DNA of 63,892 nt, counting the filler, from Hausera hauseri (Eukaryota), in NCBI GenBank assembly GCA_046269625.1. It is 12 parts of 12 records of this genome, joined end to end, with 100 filler letters (N's around TTAATTAATTAA, not from the genome) between each part and the next. Parts side by side here need not be neighbours in the genome. Positions count along the whole stretch, not along the records: positions 6,668 to 13,817 come from JBJURY010035445.1; positions 13,918 to 22,874 come from JBJURY010497685.1; positions 22,975 to 27,321 come from JBJURY010624331.1; 9 more parts are not named here. One strand, written 5' to 3'. Of this stretch, positions 12,425 to 24,918 are shown in pieces; the stretch's first letter is position 1, and every line of letters begins with the position of its first letter. Under the pieces are notes generated by a model, which saw only the letters and a list, made by a program, of their open reading frames with translations, searched no databases and was not told the origin of the DNA. Both the position numbers and the translations under genes were made by a program.

Positions 12425-13561
12425 TTGATATGTAATTATTATCTGGTACGTCATTTCCATTTTGGTTTTTTTAGATACTATCACTGTCGAAATCCACGTT
12501 ACTTTCGGACTTTTGAACCATTACTGGTGTTTAATTCTGAATTGAAACTTCAATTACTCAAACTGACGTTTGATGAAACGACCGTTTTTACTTACCATGA
12601 AAAAAGACTTATTAATCTCTATATTAAAAATAACCAATTAAACTCTGCTGTTGAATTACAAGGAATTCCAATGGAAATGAAAATTTCCACAAGGTTTTCA
12701 GGAAAGGTTTTCGTTATTTGTAAACGACAAAAAGGTGTTATCGTTGTTGACTTAAATAAAAACAATGCTGCAATTCGTGTTACAAGAGAAATATATACTT
12801 CATTTTGAAAAATTAATTACCCACGAACAGCTATTCCATCCGATTATAATGCTTGTAATAATCAGTATGTAAAATATGAATTATGGGCTCTACCGTTTTT
12901 CACAACTGGATATTTTTCCAGTTGGTCACCAGATACTACAAAAGGTTATTCAGATGAAAGGCTTGACAAGATTGTGTCTTTGTTAAATATTTCTGTGTTA
13001 AATATTAATCTCAGAAGTCGTGGGTACTTGTTATATTCATCGGAAGGAAATAATTCCTTTTTTATCGCCAGAAGACCAACATACGTTACACTCTATATTA
13101 TCGTAGCTAGATTTGGAATATCTGAAGCCCAATATCCAACAATTATTATCTCCGATTGTTTAGATACATATTTACGTTACTCACACTGTTCTGTTGTAAA
13201 TCAATGGAAAGAAACTGTTTATTTTGTAATATCAGCTGCTTTTATAGTTAGTATTTGGATGCATAGATACAGATCTATTCAAATATTACTTTGTTGCTGG
13301 ATCTTTACATTAATATCCGTACCTGCCGGTCTTATGTTTCTTCAAAATGTACTCTACATGAAAATCTTAATATGGGGATTTGCTCCATTTTTGTGTTTGA
13401 TTTTATCATTTGCGTTCTGCTGCTGCGCAGAAGACGAAAACAGAACTGGAATTATTTTAACCGCTTTAACAGTTATTTATTTTATTTTGAGCATTGCTTG
13501 GAGTTTCATATGGGGTATTGTTGTTTTGAAAACTTTAATAGTCATTGCCAATATTCTTTGA
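12425..13561 (+). pseudogene. Multi-pass membrane protein, possibly TM7SF3-like, interrupted by in-frame TGA
   Basis: ORFs 12425-12808 and 12974-13561 are in the same frame. A luminal Cys-containing region is followed by ~4 hydrophobic helices. The segment C...KETVYFVISAAFIVSIWMHRY resembles, from memory, the TM7SF3 C...KVFFTLFALLGFFICFFGHRF region. Confidence 0.35.
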
Positions 13562-14844
13562 TCATTGGAATCGCGAAAAATCGTTATGGAATCCGGGGGC
13601 GGTGTAAGTGCGTCATTTGTTTTGACATTGGAATCGACATCGGGATTTTTGTGTGTTTCGAAACGTTCAATCAGTATTGACCATCCTAATTTTATTGTTA
13701 CACAGATAACGTGCGATGATTCACTCCGCGATTCGCCACTTAATCATAAATCATTTGCCCTGGAAGTGCTAGATGTCGCAGATGTGAACTTTCTGTTTAA
13801 AAAACCACTTTTGCTTGNNNNNNNNNNNNNNNNNNNNNNNNNNNNNNNNNNNNNNNNNNNNTTAATTAATTAANNNNNNNNNNNNNNNNNNNNNNNNNNN
13901 NNNNNNNNNNNNNNNNNGACTAGTGATATTTGTTATTTAAGATCACCAATGAAATGGTAAATGGACTGTATTCTCTAAGTTAGTTTTGTTAGGTTCTTAA
14001 AGAGACACAGGACAATTTCAAGGTGTTTAGAACAGGAAATGCTAAGACAAATATATTTCCCATTTAAACAATTAAACAGCCTTTTAAAAACTAAAATGTG
14101 ATTTTAATTGTGTAGAATTTAAATATATCCATGAGAAACCCATAATTTTGGCCCTTTAAATGTACTTTGAGATACCACAAATTTAAGATTTAACTAGTGA
14201 AAATTCAAATACAGTTATCTTAAAAGCAAATAATGACTAGTCAAATACATCTAATCTCCCCATCTATCTCACTGGGAAACCTTCAAAATGTGAAGAAAAA
14301 AAACACAGCTCCAGATAATGAGAACCAGTTCCAGGTGTTATTTTGTTGATTCCCAAGTAGCTACAATTACAAATTATAGATCGTCAAACAAATAAAATTA
14401 TTGTTCAGTTTTACTTTAAATATCCCATGTTATCTGGTTCAAGCGACACTGGTGAATGCCCATAATATGAACATAGTTGCTTGCTCTGGTGCCCTCTATG
14501 GAAAGCGTCATCCAATAAGCCGGCAGCACAGTATTGTTTTATAAGATATGGATAATTTGTGCTTCAGCATGCCATTAGATATCTAGCCTGAATATATTGA
14601 TTTACAAGTCTTACTAAATCATTAACCTAACTTATTTTAATGTTCTATTAGGTGTTCTGCAGTGTCAGAGGTCAGTCCAGTTCAAATTCTGATGTTTTAA
14701 CATATTTTTTTTATCTCTTTTTAATTCATGTTGAGCGTAAGTTACAGAGTTTATTGTCTGTCATTGCAGATTCAAACTTATGAAAGGCGGCAAATGCTTG
14801 GACGGTTAAGTGGCAGCATGGAGGGTTGCACACAATTTGTTACT

Positions 14845-15130
14845 TCAGATATCTAAAAATGTAATTTTTACTGTCAGAATTATGTTTGAGATATCTTGAA
14901 TTATAATTACGGATGTTTGACCTTTCAAATGATGAATCCAGTGACATCATCTTAGGTATCTTGAATTACATTTTGACTATTCAAAATTTCCTTTAAGATA
15001 TGTTAAATTGGAATTATAACTAGTCAGAATGTTAATACAGATATATTAAATTACCATTCAGGATAGTCAAAATGTATCTGTTTCTAGTCAAAACTCATTT
15101 AGATATCTAGAATGCAATTACAGATAGACG
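14845..15130. repeat. Degenerate ~40-45-bp tandem repeat (GATATC...AATT...ACTAGTCA-like units), fish-type interspersed repeat
   Basis: Recurrent GATAT(C/G)T..AAT and ACT(A)GTCA.AAT units. Confidence 0.5.
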
Positions 15131-16369
15131 AAACAGATTTTATGTTATAATGGCTTGCCAGACAGTTTTAACTCTCAAAAAATGCTTCCCAACATTCCTT
15201 TTTATCAAGTACGAAAATATCTTCATCCCTTAAAGAGTGATCACTGACTTGTAGATGACTGTATACTGCAGAGTCAAAGGTTTGGATTTATAAAACTTGC
15301 ATACACACAAAAAGGGGCCATAAACGTGTGTATGCATCTTTTCACACAATGGCTCAGATTTCTAAAACCTAAACTTGGCATGAAAATGTGCGGTCCCTCA
15401 TGCCAACTCTGACCCATGCGTACCCTCATTTTGGAGATGGGAAGCTGGCAACAGATGGTGAAATGAGGAATGATAACCACACTGCATCAGGACTCCTTTC
15501 AGATATTTAATTTCACTTCATAATCAAATCTGAGAGATTGCTCTAAATGTCAGTAAACATGCAAAATGAGTGAAAATCTTCGTAAATTATGGACAATCTG
15601 TTTATTTGAACAGGTAATTTTTTCTATTTCTGAAATTAATCTCCAAATTTCAGAGTTTCACAAAGATTTGCTCCTACGCATGCTCCTAAAATATTCTAAA
15701 AGAAACTATTTTTAACCTAATCTATAAAAAGGTTGTATAAGGTAATGTAAGTGATAAAATTTATGATTTATCACTCACAAACGGTTTATCCATTTTAAAC
15801 ATGAATACCTGAAATAGTGTCATCACAGTCAGGCACCACATCCTGTCTAACAGGTGTTGAAGAACCTGTTGGAATAAGGAGAGAATACAAGTCACTAACA
15901 GCTCAGTGGCTAAAGAAAGGAACCATTAAATGCTATTTTAAAAACAGCAGAATACCTTTAGGTGCACATTCAAAACTCAACTCTTCAGCTGCTGACTGGT
16001 TCCTTTTGGATCTTAAAGAGTCTAGGGAAAAAGATTACATTAGAGTATGCAAAAAAAAGACTAAAAACATCAGGATTACCTACATTCAGAAGAGCAGAAA
16101 GATGAATCCTTCTCTGTCTCTGCCTCTGACGCCTCGTCCTCCAAACTTCCTGGCACTTTCTCTAAAAACCATTGACAACCAAGTCTTGTTTTAGCACAGT
16201 GTTTCCCAAATTTTTCCTGCCCGACTCCCTTTGGAAAACCTAAAATACCCACCCCCTTGGGCATGGAAAATCTCCAACCAGAAACAGATTCTGAACCTTT
16301 TTGGAAAAAATTATCAAATAAAAAGTAAACTGAAATAGTCTATTGTTTGCAATAAAATTACAACCTCAG

Positions 16370-17030
16370 TCAGCCTTGCTTTTGTGAGCTGCATTTTTGT
16401 GAAAGTCTACATCTGGACATGTGCCTCCATAGAGACTTTCTTTTAAGCAAGCCCTCGCAATTAATGCAATGCATATAGTCACTTGCCATCACTGGTTTTG
16501 ATGTCTGCTGACTAGGAACAAGAGTTCCAATGCCAGATTTCAAAACATCATTATTATGAGCTCGATTTCCTTTGTTCCTAATTAGGTCCAAATGCAGTTT
16601 TCTTTCTTTTGATTTTAATGGATAAGTTAAGGCTTTCGCAACAGCCGGTTCATCACTATGTTTACGCACCAAGTGTCTTGACATCTTAAGGCACTGCTCA
16701 GGACAGTACAGACAAAAGTGTTTCTTATTGTAAAGCCTTGTTCCATCTCTTTTTTCTTTAGTTTCATTACAGAAACATCTTCTTTTGTCTCAGAGTTTTC
16801 GCTTTCTGCTATAGAACTACCTGTTTCTGTTGAAGTATGCTGTTTTTTTCTTTTGTAAGTCTTCTGTATTTTCTTTCGTTTCAATGAAACTTTTTGCTCC
16901 AATCCACTGGATTCATCAGAAGTGGTTTCGTGTTTTGATGGAATATACTCGTCAGAGCTTTCAACACAGCTTGACGAAGCCTCAGATTCCTCTTTGTTCT
17001 TGGACCAAGTTTTGATGAAATCACTGGTAA
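16370..17030 (-). pseudogene. Exon of a multicopy teleost-type uncharacterised Cys/His-rich protein (family often linked to SET-domain or tyrosine-recombinase-like genes), frameshifted
   Basis: Acidic low-complexity segment, then (after a frameshift) YNKKHFCLYCPEQCLKMSRHLVRKH...SKERK...RNKGNRAHN...DYMHCINCEGLLKRKSLWRHMSRC. Family recognised from memory only. Confidence 0.55.
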
Positions 17031-19109
17031 GCTGAAGAAAAGAGGAGAGTATACACAAACTGTTGAATGCTGCTATAAAAATCATAAATCTGATTTCTAC
17101 TCCTACAACCCCTGCATCTAGAACTACTCAGACCATAACGACTGCCATCACATTTCAATTCAATTACACTTATTTACAAACCATGATCGGTTAGGCTTTC
17201 AAACAATGCTTGTATGTTCAGCAAATTCAACTTTTACCTGAAACAAGCAGTATGCTGATATCCATGGTCAGAAGGATATACTTTTTAAAGGTATTGCAAA
17301 GTAACAACTAATGCATACAAGATTTTACTTTATCCACTATCAGGTGCAATGACGGAGTCAAGAGGTGACCAATGGGAAAGTTTTGCCAACATTCCAAAAA
17401 AAAAAGTTTAATATAGAATAGTAAGTACAACTCATGGATCTTCATCATCAATTTCAATTAGTTTCAAACAGTTATTCATAAGTGTTCCACTTATAAAATT
17501 ATGATGCAAGCATTTCTATAAAATGACCAACTAATTGAAGAGGCATTTGAAAATCGTAAGACTTCAACTGTCCATTTGTCAACATTTTCTTAAATATGCA
17601 CGACAGAAAATAAAAGCAAATATGTAAAGCTATTTTTTACTTGTAAGAGTAAAGTGTATTAAAGATTATGTTATGTAAACTTACAAATACACTGTCAGTT
17701 CTTGACAGAGGAGGAACCGCAGAATCAGCATCAGATATGTCTGGGACGCACAACGTTGAGCTGTTGTCAATGATCAGAGTTGAGTCACTGTCCAGAGAGT
17801 CTTCATTGGATAGAAACTTAGACTCAGATGATGCCATTGCCTCTTGATTTTTTCCTGAAGACTATTTAACAAAAAGACATTCTGATTAGGTTTAGGAAGC
17901 ATAGAGTTTAATACTGATTGCATTAAACACCACACTAAAAACAATAATTACTGTTGACATTTATACAAATGGTAGCTAGACTATCATGCCTCTGTACATT
18001 TTTTTACACAAATGACTGAAATCATATATTTTCACCAAATACATCAAGTTTAAATAATAGCTCTTTGAACCTTAGGCTACAATTATTTAGCAGACCTTAG
18101 GAAACAATACTACCTCGGCCAAACAAAGAATGTTTTCATCAGCTTGTATAAAAGTTCAAAGTCCCAGAAGCACAAAATGTTCACTCTAGTAACTGCAGTA
18201 CATGTGGATCATCACCACCCATCTGCGGGGAGTTAAGTTTGCTTTGTCAGTCTTCCACTCCTTGACCAGATTATTTCCACTGTGGCTTACCTCCAAATGA
18301 ACTGTCTGAAATATTTTACCCTAAGCCTCATCATGCTTTTGACAAAACCTGATAAATTGGAATCTGATCTCTGCTTGCTGTCTTTGGTTATCTGCATAAA
18401 ATAAAAATCTACACGAGCACTGAAGTTGCGCTCTTCAGTCATGACAGCCAGAATCCGTTGCAGCCTACTGATGAAATCTTTATATACCTATTCAAAGAAA
18501 GTGATACCTACCATCCAAAGCATTTATTTCTTGCCGAAATAGCTTTGGGAGGACACAATGTCAGATCTTTCAAACACGCATTGTAGCTAAGGGCCCTGTC
18601 ACACTATTCTGTTTTAGAAATACTAACATCTGGAAATTATATTCAACAAGCTGGCACATGAAGAGAAAAAAGCATCAATTAGCACATTATTTTGGACATG
18701 ATCATACCATGTTGTTAAGGACTTGAACAAATAAAACCTGAGTACATTCTGACAGCAATTGTGTAGAAATATATCCATAGATCGATTCCCATAGCTGATA
18801 TTTGACAAAAAATCCTGTGATATGGTATCTTATTTTGAAAATACAGATGTTTTGCTTGTTTCTCTTCCTGTTGGTGTGATGTAATCTTTAAAAATCGACT
18901 CAGGCGCTGCTCTGGCATCCGGCAAAAATAGGATCGGATCTAATTTTAACGGATTGCCGTTCGCTTCCCGCCCCCAGTGGAAATACTCTCCCTTATTAGA
19001 ATGGCTGCATATTTGCTGCGGAGGTTGGACCGGAGGGGAGCAGAGAGGCATATAGTGTAAATCAGTGATCAGGCAGCATTGCATTAAAAACCCAGATTTT
19101 TTAATGGCT

Positions 19110-19987
19110 ATTACTACATGGGCTCAGGAACATTTAAGAAAACCAAATGAAAACAGCTCATCAACATCTAGATGTGCAAGTTAAAACTCTACCATACAGA
19201 CCCAAAGCCAGATATAAATAACAGCCCGACTTCTCTGGGCATTAGGTGCAAAAAGTGTTCTATGGTCTGACAAGTCCACAATTCAAATTTCTTCTGGAAA
19301 TCATGAACTTCATGTTCTTCAGGCCAAACAGGAAAAGAACTGTCCAGACTGTTATTAGCGCAAAGTTCAAAAGCCAGACTCTCTGATGGTATGGGTATGT
19401 ATTAGTGCCCATGGTATGTATAACTGTCACATCTGTGAAGCCACAGCACCATTAATGTTAAAAGCTACATACAAGTTTTGGAGCAACATATGCTGCCATC
19501 TAAGCCACATATTTTTCAGGAACATCATGCTTATTTAAGCCATATTTTATCTTGCAACAACATGGCTTTATACTAAAACAGTGCATCTACTAGTCTGCCA
19601 ATGTCCAGACCTGTCTCCCATTAAAAATGTGTTGTTCATTATGAAACACATAATACCATGGAGACCCTGAACTGTTGTGCAACTGAAGTTGTACATTAAG
19701 CAAGAATAGGAAATAATTTCACCTACAATGCTTCAACAATTAGTCCTGGCAAAAATGCTGTTGCATTTGTTGACAAGAGTCATAATATGACCCCTTGTTA
19801 ACTAAATCAGCAATGTCCGAAACTAAAACACACAGTCCAGAAATATTAGATAGCAAACTAAAATTTAAACGATGTGTTAGAACTTGTTTGACAATGATCA
19901 AAAAAGCAGATTTTACAAATTAAAAGTCTTGTAGCAATGACCATTTATGTATTTGCCATCACAACTTCACTGGAATTGGAGTTGTGT
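19110..19987 (+). mobile_element. Decayed teleost-type Tc1 (DD34E) transposon
   Basis: Remnants KSVLWSDKSTIQ, KVQKPDSLMVWVCISAHG, IQVLEQHMLPSK and PDLSPIKN. Right-terminal inverted-repeat-like end CAACTTCACTGGAATTGGAGTTGT at ~19961-19984. Confidence 0.85.
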
Positions 19988-21867
19988 TGTCATAGATATT
20001 TTAGTCAATACATACATTTAGACTTTTGTGAATGGGCGACACCATATAACCCTTGAATCAGTTAGAAACTAACATGGAATGTATCAATAAAACCTGGATC
20101 CTCAACGTCATATAAACAGTAAAAAGAAAAATCAGTGGTTTCAACTCTACATGTATTAATATATGTAATGCAGATGTATTCAGGTTATCTGAGGATAAAA
20201 TTTTGTTGGTTTTGTTTGTAAAACTTGGGAAAGATGACAACATGAGTTGGATCCCAGCTGAGTTTCAGATTAAGGATATTTGTGTAGGGCTTATGAATGA
20301 AGTCATCTTATGTGTAACTTATGTGAATAGTGTCTTCTGAGCCTATGAGGGCTGGACAACAAAAGGTGCATGACACTTAAAATTTTTTTTAAATCAAGCT
20401 CCTGAATCAAATAACTACTCAGAAATCGATAACACCTGATTTTTACATTCATATATTCCACCAGTTATTATTAAAGGTATCATTTTATCAGAAAACTTAC
20501 TTCTATTTGGGCTTCAAAGTACTTTGAGTGCCTGGCAGTGCATTCATCATGGTGCTTCCTCAGGGACGCCAAACGCTTCTTGAACCGAGAAGCTCTGCTG
20601 AATGTTTGACAAAAAAAAGAAAATTAAATATGTATTCACATCGCATGTGTTAAAAAAAACATATGCAACTTTAAACAAATCAATACAATGAATATCAAAA
20701 CAAGAAAGGAAATCTATGATCACAGAGTATAGTGAAACTTAGAAAAATCTTTTTTAATGCTCTAAAACTCAAAGCCACATTGTCTGCAATCTTCCCTTTT
20801 GTATTGTTTTTTAGCTCCTAAAGCAGAAAGTTAAAATTGAGATAAATTTATAACAATATCTTTGAGATGTTCTTTAGATTTGTAGCCAAGTCAAACTGTT
20901 ACAATTCAACAAGTACAATTAAAAAATGAAAATAAATTCAATTCCTGTCCAGGAAGCATTCTGCAAAACTTATTGCTTTATTATTATCATCATAATTTAT
21001 TTACATTTAGAATTTATGATTTTTCTCTACATCTTTGATTTTTGCTGCCGTCTTGTTAGTTCTTTTTCTTACTAAAAGTACAGATTTTTTAATTCAGAGG
21101 AAAGTGGGTCTGCCTGGGTTCCAGGTCTTCTCTGTGGCTGGCACCTGCTAAACTCTGTGCCAACATAATTTTCCTCTGTTTTCTAGAGCTCAGAACACCT
21201 CATTGGTTCTATAGGCCCAGTAAGTGTTGTTCTGGAGCAGGCCCAACAAGCATAGTTCTTGTTGTGCTTTATATTATTAAACAGAACTGGTTCTACTTGG
21301 CCTAACAAAATCTAAAACTGGTTTAAAGTTTTAATTCTCTACTTTTGAGTCAATCTGAAAGACAGTCTCAGGGAAGGTGAACCTTTCTGGTTGGAGCAAT
21401 TTAAATGTACCAAGTGATGTGCAGGTGGAGGTTATTAATTTGTTAAACAAGTTGCACAGCATAAAAAAATAAATAAAACTTATTAATAACCTAAAAATGC
21501 TGACTATATGCCAATCTAATGTGTTAATTGTAAGCTAGTTTTCTTAGCCAGGTGTCAACACCATTATCTAAAGCTGATTATAACATGCATGTAGTTGGTA
21601 TAGATATCAAGCATTTAATCACTAAACTCAGCAAATTGGTGCTTAAAAATATAAAACAAGTAAATATGGATACGTTTAAAATGTTTAAAGTTTCTTACCT
21701 GTTTAGAGGTGGTTTCTCTTCCATTTGCTGCTCTGCCTCATGTTGCTGTCAGCCATTTTGTGAATCTCAAAACTTGCAGTTCGGGGGCGGGGCTAAATGC
21801 CACATGGGGACCAGTGAAGTCAAGGAAGGTGTGTCTGCTAATTGCCTGACTCAAAGTTTACATTAGT

Positions 21868-22420
21868 CTCTCTTACTCAGAGGTGGGGGATGGTAATTGT
21901 CATGATGGGGACCACAAAAATCAGGAAAAGTGTTTCTGGTTTGAACACATTACACATTATTAAAAAAATTGTAGAAAGCCTGAATTGCTTGTAACATATG
22001 TAAATAACCTCAGTTTAATTTTAAATTAACAAAATTAATTAATAAGAACTATATAGCCTTTGTATGTCTGATTCACTGCTTGCATTGGGCTCTCTCACAC
22101 AGAGGTGGGGGATGGTAATAGTCCTGATGGGGACCACAAAAATCAGGAAAAGTGTTTCTGGGTTGAACACATTCCATATGATTAAAAAATATATAGAAAG
22201 ACTGAATTACTTTTAACATATATAAATAACCTCAATTCAACTCTAACTAAATTGATTAATTAGGACTAAATAGCCTATGTATATCTGACTCACTGCTTGC
22301 ATTGGGCTCTCTCACACCGAGGTGGGGGATGGTAATAGTCAGGATGGGGACCACAAAAATCAGGAAAAGTGTTTCTGGGTTGAACACATTACATATGATT
22401 AAAAATATGGAGGAAGCCTG
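21868..22420 (-). repeat. Three tandem ~217-222-bp units, each resembling an 81-nt exon plus intron
   Basis: Near-identical GAGGTGGGGGATGGTAA...GGACCACAAAAATCAGGAAAAGTGTTTCTGG cores at ~21880, ~22102 and ~22319. On the minus strand: AG-[81 nt]-GTGAGT/GTGAAT. Confidence 0.85.
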
Positions 22421-22504
22421 ATTTTTTTAATAAGAGTATATAAATGGTTTTTGTTTAACTGTAAATGGGGTGCAGATAATATAAGATACTACATATATTC
22501 TACT

Positions 22505-22874
22505 CCTTTTATTAACTTTTTATTTAACCTTTATTTATCCAGGTAAACCATTTGAGAAGCACTTCTCATTTATAAACATGACCTGGTCAAGAGGCTGCAT
22601 GAAGAAATAAATCATACAACATTGAGCTTACAGCAAACAAACATATTGTTTGATGAGTGAAGGGAAGACAAAAAGAGAGATGTCTTGCCCAGACACATGT
22701 CTTTTTGTATATGAAGAGAAACCAATGATGGAGCACCAGGTGTGAAGAGAGGGCCAGCCCACCAGTTTATAAAGATCACAGTGATCAGTGTGAAAGGGTG
22801 CATTAGTGGCAAAAAGAATAGCTGAATTATAAACTGTGTCACATTTTTTAAGGGCTGTATTTGGTGCTATTCCA
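22505..22874 (-). mobile_element. 3' end of a Rex1/Babar-type LINE (fish)
   Basis: Minus-strand HTDHCDLYKLVGWPSLHT...HWFLFIYK is typical of the Rex1/Babar RT C-terminus. Characteristic 3' tail (plus strand TTTATTTAACCTTTATTTATCCAGG...CTCATTTATAAACATGACCTGG). Confidence 0.75.
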
Positions 22875-23566
22875 NNNNNNNNNNNNNNNNNNNNNNNNNN
22901 NNNNNNNNNNNNNNNNNNTTAATTAATTAANNNNNNNNNNNNNNNNNNNNNNNNNNNNNNNNNNNNNNNNNNNNAATAATTATCATTTAAAAGAATGTAT
23001 TTTAGTTTAAAAAACTATAGAGCGATCACAAGTCAACCGTATGACAAAATTATACGTATTAAACAAACTTTATGATTCATCACCCTGCAAATTATGGTAA
23101 AGCGTGGGCCATTGATGTAACCATATCGGTGTTCGACATTATCAAAATATGTGATCGTTTTTCAACAGAGTCGACCGGTACATTTCAATATAGTTGTGCG
23201 CAACGTATTACAGATGCTACTTGCATTGGACTTTTAATTTTTATAAACAGGTACTTTTCAATCAATCAGTAAGAGACATACTTATGAAGTTGAAATGGTG
23301 AAATTGACATTGGTCGGATGGATGCCTCGCAAGCAATCAGATACTAACAAGAATTTCTTCGGAATTTCAAAAATTGCGCACTGCAAAAAAGTCATGTTGT
23401 GTATTGTGTAACCGTAGTAGGATCACCAATGGGAAATCATTTATAATGGCAGTTGTTACAGTGGGAAGCACAGAGAGAACCAGACGAAAATTTTCAAAAG
23501 GCAGTTCAACTTGAACAGCGACGTAAATAAACAAAACACCTATATCTATATTGTTTTAAACGCTTC

Positions 23567-24663
23567 TTCTCAACAAATTTTATTCAAAATAAAGCAATAA
23601 CAACAATAATAACAAAAAATAAAAAGTGCTATTCAAAATGGCATCCATCTGCTTCTACACATGCCTTCAATAGCTTAGGGAAGTCATCTATGATCTTTTG
23701 CAAAGTTTCGACGCTGATCTCATCCCAGGCTTTGATTAATGCTCGCTTTAACGATTCCACATTTGGGTGGGGCTTTCGCATGATTTTTCTTCCAAGATAA
23801 TCTACACCAAATAATCCAGTGGGTTCAAATCCGGTGAGCATGGCAGGTTTCTCCAATGGGGGTTGACTTTGATGAAATCCGGGCAGTTGTCACGAATGAA
23901 GTCCTGAACCGCGTACGCCTTGTGCCCTAGCGCTCTGTCTTGTTGAAAACACCACCAGTCGCCGCCGAAAGGCTGCTTTGCTAACGGGAAGCAATGCTCT
24001 CCAAGCATGTCCATGTATGCGCGACCGTTGATTTTCACGCCGGGATCAACAAATACAAGAGGGGTTTTCCTGTGGCACAGATTCCCGCTCAAACCATAAC
24101 CTCCTCCGCTTTTTGAACCCCTCCACAGCCCTCTGGTCCGGAAGATCATTGGAATAAATGCGGTAATTTGGGGGAAGGAGTTAAACGCTTGCCCAATGTC
24201 AAAAAGCTTCTCGTTTGTGAACGTTTTGTGTCACCCTCTTGACAAGCGATTTAAAAGTGCCTCAGATCGCGATTTTCTCTTTACTTTGTTTGTTGACGTT
24301 AGCTTTTTTTGTTTCTGATATTTGTACGGCGTCAGCTCCAGATCTTGACACACAATTTCTCATGCTTGTGTCTTGGAGACTACAGCGTTGGCCAATTCTC
24401 GTGCTGAATTTTCATTGGTTGTGGCGTTTCGCTGGATCATACCCTTGGCATGTTGAATACTTCTCTTCTTTCTCGCAGTCTTCTTACAACCCCTATCCGT
24501 CTGGTCTTTCGCGCTTCCTGTTTCTTCATATCGCAGTTTATCGTTGTAAGTGGGTGGTGTACCAAGAATGCGCTTGAATAACTGCGTCCCTCAAATGTCA
24601 TTTCATATTTGACATAGAAATAAAATAAAATTCGTTGAGAATAACAGTTTAGGGACACCCTGT
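23567..24663 (-). mobile_element. Decayed Tc1/mariner-superfamily transposon (maT/DD37D-like)
   Basis: KTPLVFVDPGVKINGRAY...WCFQQDRALGH...SPDLNPLDY...KPHPNVESLKRALIKAWDEI...CVEADGCHFE. 5' TIR TACAGGGTGTCCC...TTCTCAACGAATTTTATT ends at ~24664; a partial matching TIR TTCTCAACAAATTTTATT is at 23567-23584. Confidence 0.85.
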
Positions 24664-24918
24664 AACCAACATTGATTCAGGAATAAAAACAAAACCAAAC
24701 TAATAGTACCCTGGTTACTAAATATGTCCATTTGTCTTGTCCCATGACACAGCCATCACTATGTCGTGGATTTATTCTATATTTGAATTGTGTGTACTAG
24801 ATGGATAGAAATATTCTATATTTCATTCATAGAAAATATGTTGTACGAGTTATTTAATTAAATTTATTTATTTATTGCATTTATAATTTTTGTACCGAAT
24901 AACTAATTTATCCCCTAG

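Noticed and set aside
591-13561. Alternative genetic code (UGA read-through) suggested by in-frame TGA at 591, 12806 and 13559 (also 47471, 46796)
   Set aside because: The spectrin TGA sits at an Arg position (CGA>TGA) and is the only one in ~1,800 codons, where TGG is used for Trp. The decayed elements also contain TAA/TAG and frameshifts.
21868-22420. CRISPR-like array
   Set aside because: Units are ~220 bp with similar rather than unique spacers, the context is eukaryotic, and there are no cas genes.
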